From: an uncultured Amnibacterium sp.
GTDB taxonomy: Bacteria > Actinomycetota > Actinomycetes > Actinomycetales > Microbacteriaceae
Length of the DNA stretch: 64,000 nt
Direction: 5' to 3'
Assembly (NCBI RefSeq): GCF_964244015.1
Contig: NZ_CAXTHO010000001.1
Location: 4,364 to 68,363, forward strand
This document shows positions 58,410 to 64,000 of this stretch, one piece after another; position 1 is the first letter of the stretch, and the number at the start of each line of letters is the position of its first letter. The notes beneath the pieces were generated by a model. The model had not been told where the DNA came from, made no database searches, and was given only the letters and a program-made list of their open reading frames with translations. A program made the translations under genes and the position numbers.

Positions 58410-59525
58410 GTGCAACTCGACGTCGGCCCCCGCATCGCGGCCCTCCGCTCCACCCTCGGCGACGTGGTCGCGGTGGTGGACGTGGACGCGCTCCGCACTC
58501 GCATCGTCGAACTCGAGGCGCAGGCATCCGCCCCCGACCTCTGGGACGACACGGACGCCGCGCAGAAGGTGACGAGCGAGCTCAGCCATGCGCAGTCGGA
58601 CCTCGCGCGCGTCATCGGGGTCGAGGCCAGGCTCGACGACCTCGAGGTGCTGGCCGAGCTCGTCGACGCGGAGACGGACGAAGAGCAGGCCGCCGAGTCC
58701 GCCACGGAGGTGGAGGCCGAGCTCAAGGCGGTCGAGCGGACCGTCGGCGAGCTCGAGGTGCAGACGCTGCTGAACGGCGAGTACGACCCGCTGCCGGCGG
58801 TCGTCACCATCCGCGCCGGCGCCGGCGGTGTCGACGCCGCGGATTTCGCCGAGATGCTGATGCGGATGTACCTGCGCTGGGCGGAGCAGCACGGGTTCAC
58901 GGCCACGGTCATGGACACCTCCTACGCGGAGGAGGCGGGCATCAAGTCCGCGACCTTCGAGATCGACGCCCCGTACGCGTTCGGCAACCTCTCCGTGGAG
59001 GCGGGGACGCACCGCCTCGTGCGGATGAGCCCGTTCAACTCCGCGGGCAAGCGGCAGACCAGCTTCGCGGCGGTCGAGGTGATCCCGCTGCTCGAGGAGA
59101 GCGGCGAGATCGAGGTGCCGGAGAGCGACATCCGCGTCGACGTGTTCCGCTCCTCCGGTCCCGGCGGGCAGAGCGTCAACACGACCGACTCCGCCGTCCG
59201 CATCACCCACCTGCCGACCGGTCTCGTCGTCTCGATGCAGAACGAGAAGAGCCAGATCCAGAACCGGGCGGCCGCGATGCGGGTGCTGCAGTCCCGCCTC
59301 CTGATCCAGAAGCGGGAGGAGGAGGCGGCGAAGAAGAAGGAGCTCGCCGGGGTCATCACCGCGAGCTGGGGCGATCAGATCCGCAATTACGTGCTCGCGC
59401 CGTACCAGATGGTCAAGGATCTGCGCAGCGAGCACGAGGAGGGCAACCCCTCGAGCGTGTTCGACGGCGCGCTCGACGGCTTCCTGTCGGCCGGCATCCG
59501 CTGGCGGAAGCGGAGCACGGCCTGA
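58410..59525 (+). CDS. prfB: Peptide chain release factor 2
   Basis: [36 protein letters not shown]; no programmed frameshift. Confidence 0.97.
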   Translation: MQLDVGPRIAALRSTLGDVVAVVDVDALRTRIVELEAQASAPDLWDDTDAAQKVTSELSHAQSDLARVIGVEARLDDLEVLAELVDAETDEEQAAESATEVEAELKAVERTVGELEVQTLLNGEYDPLPAVVTIRAGAGGVDAADFAEMLMRMYLRWAEQHGFTATVMDTSYAEEAGIKSATFEIDAPYAFGNLSVEAGTHRLVRMSPFNSAGKRQTSFAAVEVIPLLEESGEIEVPESDIRVDVFRSSGPGGQSVNTTDSAVRITHLPTGLVVSMQNEKSQIQNRAAAMRVLQSRLLIQKREEEAAKKKELAGVITASWGDQIRNYVLAPYQMVKDLRSEHEEGNPSSVFDGALDGFLSAGIRWRKRSTA

Positions 59526-59664
59526 CCCGGATCGGTCCGCGCGGGCGGGCTCCGGCGGGTTCCTCCGACGTCGCAGGGACGCCGCTGCGGAACATGAACG
59601 TCGGCGATGGACTTCGCCTGTCGGAGCCGGGGCTGCGAGTCGGGCACCTATGGTGGCTGCCGTC

Positions 59665-60864
59665 ATGATCCGATTCGAGTCCGTCACCAAGCGATACCGG
59701 GGCGCCCCGCGCCCCGCGCTGGACGATGTGACGCTCGAGATCGGCGCCGGAGAGTTCATCTTCCTGGTGGGTGCGTCGGGCAGCGGCAAGTCGAGCCTGC
59801 TGCGCCTGATGCTGCGGGAGGAGAAGCCGACGTCCGGCGAGATCCACGTGCTGGGCCAGCGCCTCACCTCCATCTCCACCCGCAAGGTGCCGTACTTCCG
59901 GCGCAGTCTCGGCGTGGTCTTCCAGGACTTCCGGCTGCTGCCGAACAAGACGGTCTACGACAACGTCGCGTTCACCCTGCAGGTCATCGGCAAGTCCAAG
60001 GGCTTCATCCAGACCACCGTGCCGGACGTGCTCGAGACGGTCGGGCTCGCGGAGAAGTCGGCGAACTTCCCGAACGAGCTCTCCGGAGGCGAGCAGCAGC
60101 GCGTCGCGATCGCGCGCGCCGTCGTGAACAGGCCGTCGATCGTGCTCGCCGACGAGCCCACCGGCAACCTCGACCCCCGCACCAGCGAGGGCATCATGCA
60201 GGTGCTCGAGCGCATCAACCAGCAGGGCACCACCGTCGTGATGGCGACCCACGATGTCACCATCGTCGACCGGGCGCAGAAGCGCGTCGTCGAGCTGGTG
60301 CAGGGCAGGATCATCCGCGACGAGCACGAGGCGACCTACGTCACCAGCTCGATCAAGCTGCCGAAGCTGTCGACCGCGGCGACGCCGGTGCAGCGCGACG
60401 GCGCGGTGCCGCTCTGGGCCAGGCGCGGGCAGCAGTCCTCCGCTGCCGCGACCGGTGCGCAGCCCGCCGTCGAGTCCGCACCGGCTCCCGTCGCGCCGCC
60501 CGCTCCTGCCGCTCAGCCCGCTCCGATCTGGGTGCGGGCCGAGACCGGCCCGGTGCTGCTGCCCGGCGAGCACGCGCCATGGCGGGCCGCTCCCGTCGCG
60601 CCGCCCGCCGAGCAGCCGGACGCCGACGGCCGCTCCCTGTTCTTCGCCGCGCCGGTCGCCGCGCAGCACGCCGGGACGGGCGCCGTGCCGATCGCGCAGA
60701 CCGAGCCTGGCCTGACCGACGAGGATCTCGCCGCCACGGGGGACGGCGACCTCCGCGGTGTCGCGCGGCACCGCGACCAGCTGCCCGATCACCTCGACTT
60801 CATCACCGGGCTCGGCCTGCGCGGCAGGACGGGTCACGACGACGAGGTGGGGCCGTCCTCATGA
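59665..60864 (+). CDS. ftsE: Cell division ATP-binding protein FtsE with Pro/Ala-rich C-terminal extension
   Basis: [35 protein letters not shown]; upstream of ftsX. Confidence 0.93.
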   Translation: MIRFESVTKRYRGAPRPALDDVTLEIGAGEFIFLVGASGSGKSSLLRLMLREEKPTSGEIHVLGQRLTSISTRKVPYFRRSLGVVFQDFRLLPNKTVYDNVAFTLQVIGKSKGFIQTTVPDVLETVGLAEKSANFPNELSGGEQQRVAIARAVVNRPSIVLADEPTGNLDPRTSEGIMQVLERINQQGTTVVMATHDVTIVDRAQKRVVELVQGRIIRDEHEATYVTSSIKLPKLSTAATPVQRDGAVPLWARRGQQSSAAATGAQPAVESAPAPVAPPAPAAQPAPIWVRAETGPVLLPGEHAPWRAAPVAPPAEQPDADGRSLFFAAPVAAQHAGTGAVPIAQTEPGLTDEDLAATGDGDLRGVARHRDQLPDHLDFITGLGLRGRTGHDDEVGPSS

Positions 60865-61772
60865 GGCTGGGTCTGGTGCTGAGCGAGGCCGGCAGCGGCC
60901 TCCGCCGCAACTTCTCGATGGTCGTCTCGATCGTGCTCGTCACCTTCGTGTCGCTCACCTTCGTCGGCGTCGCGGCGCTGATGCAGCTGCAGATCGGCCA
61001 GATGAAGGGCTTCTGGTACGACAAGGCGCAGGTCGCGGTCTACCTCTGCAATGACGCGGTGCAGAACTCGAACTGCCCGAGTGCCGCGACGACGGACGAG
61101 ATCGCGGCTGTGAAGACGGCGCTCTCCAGCGCCCCGGTGAAGACCTTCGTGAAGTCGTTCCGCTTCGAGGACCACCAGCTCGCCTACACGAACTTCAAGA
61201 AGCAGTTCAAAGGCAATCCGGTCGCCGATTACGTGACGCCGGACATCCTGAACGAGGCGTTCTGGGTGAATCTCAACGATCCGAACCAGTCTGCGGTGAT
61301 CTCCGAGGCGATCAGCGGCATGCCCGGGGTCGACGCGGTCACCGACCAGCGACGGCTGCTGGACCAGATCTTCGCGGTGCTGAACACCGCCTCCATCACC
61401 GCTGCGACCATCGCGGCGCTGATGCTCGTCGCCGCGGCGCTGCTCATCTCGACGACGATCCGGCTCTCCGCGTTCTCTCGACGGCGGGAGATCGGCATCA
61501 TGCGGCTGGTCGGCGCCTCGAACCGGTTCATCCAGACGCCGTTCATCCTGGAGGGCGTGTTGGCGTCGCTCATCGGATCGGTGCTCGCCGCCGCCGCGAC
61601 GATCGGGATCGTGCAGTTCTTCATCCAGGGCTACCTGCAGACGGCGCAGCGCGACATCAACTTCGTGACGATCTCGGAGGCGATCGTCGTCGTCCCGATC
61701 CTGATCGGCGCCGGGGTCGTGCTCGCCGCGGTCTCCGCGAACGTCGCGATCAGTCGCTACCTCCGGGTGTAG
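60861..61772 (+). CDS. ftsX: Cell division permease FtsX
   Basis: [39 protein letters not shown]. Confidence 0.95.
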   Translation: MRLGLVLSEAGSGLRRNFSMVVSIVLVTFVSLTFVGVAALMQLQIGQMKGFWYDKAQVAVYLCNDAVQNSNCPSAATTDEIAAVKTALSSAPVKTFVKSFRFEDHQLAYTNFKKQFKGNPVADYVTPDILNEAFWVNLNDPNQSAVISEAISGMPGVDAVTDQRRLLDQIFAVLNTASITAATIAALMLVAAALLISTTIRLSAFSRRREIGIMRLVGASNRFIQTPFILEGVLASLIGSVLAAAATIGIVQFFIQGYLQTAQRDINFVTISEAIVVVPILIGAGVVLAAVSANVAISRYLRV

Positions 61773-61849
61773 GCGGTATCTGCGGGTCTGAGCGGCGGTA
61801 GGCTGACGGGCTGCGAATCGCAGGTCGAACGGTCTTCAGGAGGTGTCGC

Positions 61850-62326
61850 ATGCCCAGGGAGCAGGGTCGCAAGGTCGTCGCCACGAATCGTCGCGCGCGC
61901 CACGACTACACCATCGAGGACACGTACGAGGCCGGCCTCGTGCTGACTGGCACCGAGGTGAAGTCGCTGCGGCAGGGCCGTGCCTCCCTCGTCGACGGCT
62001 ACGCCTACATCGACAACGGGCAGGCGTACCTCGACTCGGTGCACATCCCGGAGTACAACCAGGGCACCTGGACGAACCACCCGCCGCGGCGGACCAGGAA
62101 GCTGCTGCTGCACAAGCAGCAGATCCTGAAGCTGTACTCCGAGGTGCGGGAGGGCGGCTACACGCTCGTGCCGCTGTCGCTGTACTTCTCGGACGGGAAC
62201 GCGAAGGTCGAGCTCGCGCTCGCGAAGGGCAAGCGCGAGTACGACAAGCGGCAGACGCTCCGCGAGCGGCAGGACAACCGCGAGGCCCAGCGCGCGATGT
62301 CGTCGCGGCGGCACCTCGGCGAGTGA
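61850..62326 (+). CDS. smpB: SsrA-binding protein
   Basis: [37 protein letters not shown]. Confidence 0.97.
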   Translation: MPREQGRKVVATNRRARHDYTIEDTYEAGLVLTGTEVKSLRQGRASLVDGYAYIDNGQAYLDSVHIPEYNQGTWTNHPPRRTRKLLLHKQQILKLYSEVREGGYTLVPLSLYFSDGNAKVELALAKGKREYDKRQTLRERQDNREAQRAMSSRRHLGE

Positions 62327-62463
62327 AGGTCGCGCACTGCGACCCTTCGCACCCGACACGACCGATCGGATCGGAACACGACGTCGGCGGTCGTGGTTAC
62401 ACTCGTCGAGCCCCGAGAGGGGTGACAACTCCACAGTGCGACAGTGGCTTCGTGTTTCCGCCA

Positions 62464-62833
62464 GGGGATGATCGGTTTCGACATTGCCTGTTCAACGACG
62501 GAAAGCGGGCCGAGGATGCGTGCTTATCTCGTTAACGACGCACGCAAACAACAGGTGCCAGTAAGTCTCGCACCGCGTTCACGCTCGCTGCCTAAGCCAG
62601 TGTGACGCCGTCGGCCCGGGTGTCGCCTCCGACCCGGTAGCCGGCGTCAGCTAGGGGGCTTGCTGCGGATGCTCCGCCTTGGGGCACCGTGGGACTTCAA
62701 CCAGGGCTGGGCCTGTCGATCGCAGTCCGTCTGCGGTAAGGATCGGGGCCGAGTAGAACGACACACGCAGACTGCGCCCGGAGAAAACGTGGTTCCACAG
62801 CAGTGGACGGGGGTTCGATTCCCCCCATCTCCA
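62464..62833 (+). ncRNA. ssrA: tmRNA; tag reading frame 62557-62595 encodes ASKSRTAFTLAA*
   Basis: 5' GGGGATGATCGGTTTCGAC; 3' GGGGGTTCGATTCCCCCCATCTCCA; tag ends in LAA; follows smpB. Confidence 0.95.
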
Positions 62834-62878
62834 CGAATCGCCGAGTCACTGTCGCACTGCAGGAGCAGGATCCGCACT

Positions 62879-63433
62879 ATGACGGTCCTCATCGTGCTGT
62901 CCGGTCCTCCGGGCGTCGGCAAATCCAGCGCGGGCGACGCGCTTGCAGCGGTCCACCCGGCTGCGCGGCTGTCCATCGACGACGTCGAGGAGGCGATGCG
63001 CGCCTCCGGCATCGCGTTCGCCGACACCGGCGTCGCCGCCTACGAGGTCGTCCGCGCCGCCGCGGAGCAGAACCTCGCGATCGGGCAGGACGTGATCGTA
63101 GATGCGGTGAACGACTCCGCGCCGGCACGCGAGACCTGGTCCCGAGCGGCGCATGCGACCGGCGCCCGATTGCTGATGGCGGTGCTCGCGATCGCCGACC
63201 CCGAATTGCACCGCGCACGGCTGGAGGGGAGGACGAGGCCGTTCTCCCGCATCCCCGAGCCGGAGTGGCCAGCGGTGCAGGCGCTGATCCGTCAGACCGA
63301 GCCGTGGGGCCCAGAGGTGCTGCGCCTCGACGCCACCCGCACCCCGGCCGACCTCGCGACCTCCCTGCTCGCCGAGCTCGACGTGCTCACGCCTGGTGCC
63401 GCCCGACCCGCTGCCGGGCGGCACGAAGCGTGA
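62879..63433 (+). CDS. AAA_33-like P-loop kinase
   Basis: LSGPPGVGKS, VIVDAVN, HRARLEGR. Confidence 0.8.
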   Translation: MTVLIVLSGPPGVGKSSAGDALAAVHPAARLSIDDVEEAMRASGIAFADTGVAAYEVVRAAAEQNLAIGQDVIVDAVNDSAPARETWSRAAHATGARLLMAVLAIADPELHRARLEGRTRPFSRIPEPEWPAVQALIRQTEPWGPEVLRLDATRTPADLATSLLAELDVLTPGAARPAAGRHEA

Positions 63434-63443
63434 GCGACGTCGG

Positions 63444-64000
63444 TTACGGGTGGAGAACCACCTTGATGCAGCCGTCCTTCTTGTCGCGGAAGGTCTCGTA
63501 CATCTCGGGCGCCGCGTTCAGCCCGACCTCGTGGGTGACGAGGTCCATGGTGCCAAGCGGGTCGGTGTCGTCCTCGACCAGGGGCAGCAGGTCGCCGAGC
63601 CAGCGCTGCACGTTGCACTGGCCCATCCGGATGCTGACCTGCTTGTCGAAGAGCGTCATCAGCGGCGTCGGGTCCGCCGTCCCGACGTAGACGCCGGACA
63701 GAGAGACCGTCCCGCCTCGGCGGACCGCGTCGTAGGCGGTGTTCAGCGCGACGAGCTTGTCGACGCCGACCGTGGTCATGGCCGCCTGCGCGATCGGATC
63801 GGGCAGCAGGCCGACCGCCTTCTGCACGAGGCCGACCGCGCCCTGGCCGTGCGACTCCATGCCGACCGCGTCGACGATGCCGTCCGGTCCGCGGCCGTCT
63901 GTGGCGTCCTTCAGCTTCGCGACGACGTCGCCGTCGATGTCGAACACCTCCGCGCCCCACTTCGCCGCGAGCGCGCGGCGCTCGGGCACCGGGTCCGTCG
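63444..64000 (-). CDS. Zn-dependent alcohol/formaldehyde dehydrogenase (5' end outside window)
   Basis: DAVGMESH, VRRGGTVSLSGVY, MGQCNV, DGCIKVVLHP. Confidence 0.85.
   Translation of the reverse strand, partial: TDPVPERRALAAKWGAEVFDIDGDVVAKLKDATDGRGPDGIVDAVGMESHGQGAVGLVQKAVGLLPDPIAQAAMTTVGVDKLVALNTAYDAVRRGGTVSLSGVYVGTADPTPLMTLFDKQVSIRMGQCNVQRWLGDLLPLVEDDTDPLGTMDLVTHEVGLNAAPEMYETFRDKKDGCIKVVLHP

Noticed and set aside
62464-62833. tmRNA 3' end as an integration hotspot
   Set aside because: No integrase or duplicated ssrA 3' fragment in the window; downstream genes have host-like composition

Overview
High-GC actinobacterial chromosome segment; Microbacteriaceae is my inference from gene order and sequence style. 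Both flanks are ordinary core genome. Left flank: ABC transporters, pncB, murI-rph-rdgB, dedA, tRNA-Leu. Right flank: tad/Flp pilus genes, MFS transporter, prfB, ftsEX, smpB, tmRNA. Between them is a 41.8-kb, visibly more AT-rich island (10503-52319). A large serine recombinase inserted it exactly into the Walker A codons of the Tad pilus ATPase gene cpaF/tadA. Both hybrid att sites can be read directly, and excision would restore the reading frame. The island carries no conjugation or virion genes. It is packed with conflict/defence-type cargo: Lsr2, a DUF4365-TPR-PIN protein, a dGTPase, a Septu-like ATPase+HNH pair, a DUF4062+TPR pair, a soluble+multi-TM pair, paired secreted proteins and a DyP peroxidase. 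It also holds IS3/IS30 debris and two tandem relics of tRNA-Lys-targeting tyrosine-integrase elements. The best candidate for an undescribed system is 28058-36177. There, a stand-alone EndoU-like RNase is transcribed divergently from a translationally coupled three-gene operon: a SUKH-like protein, an unknown protein and a 1712-aa zinc-ribbon/DEAH-RHA helicase with a long C-terminal extension. All domain calls are motif recognition by eye; no database searches were run.
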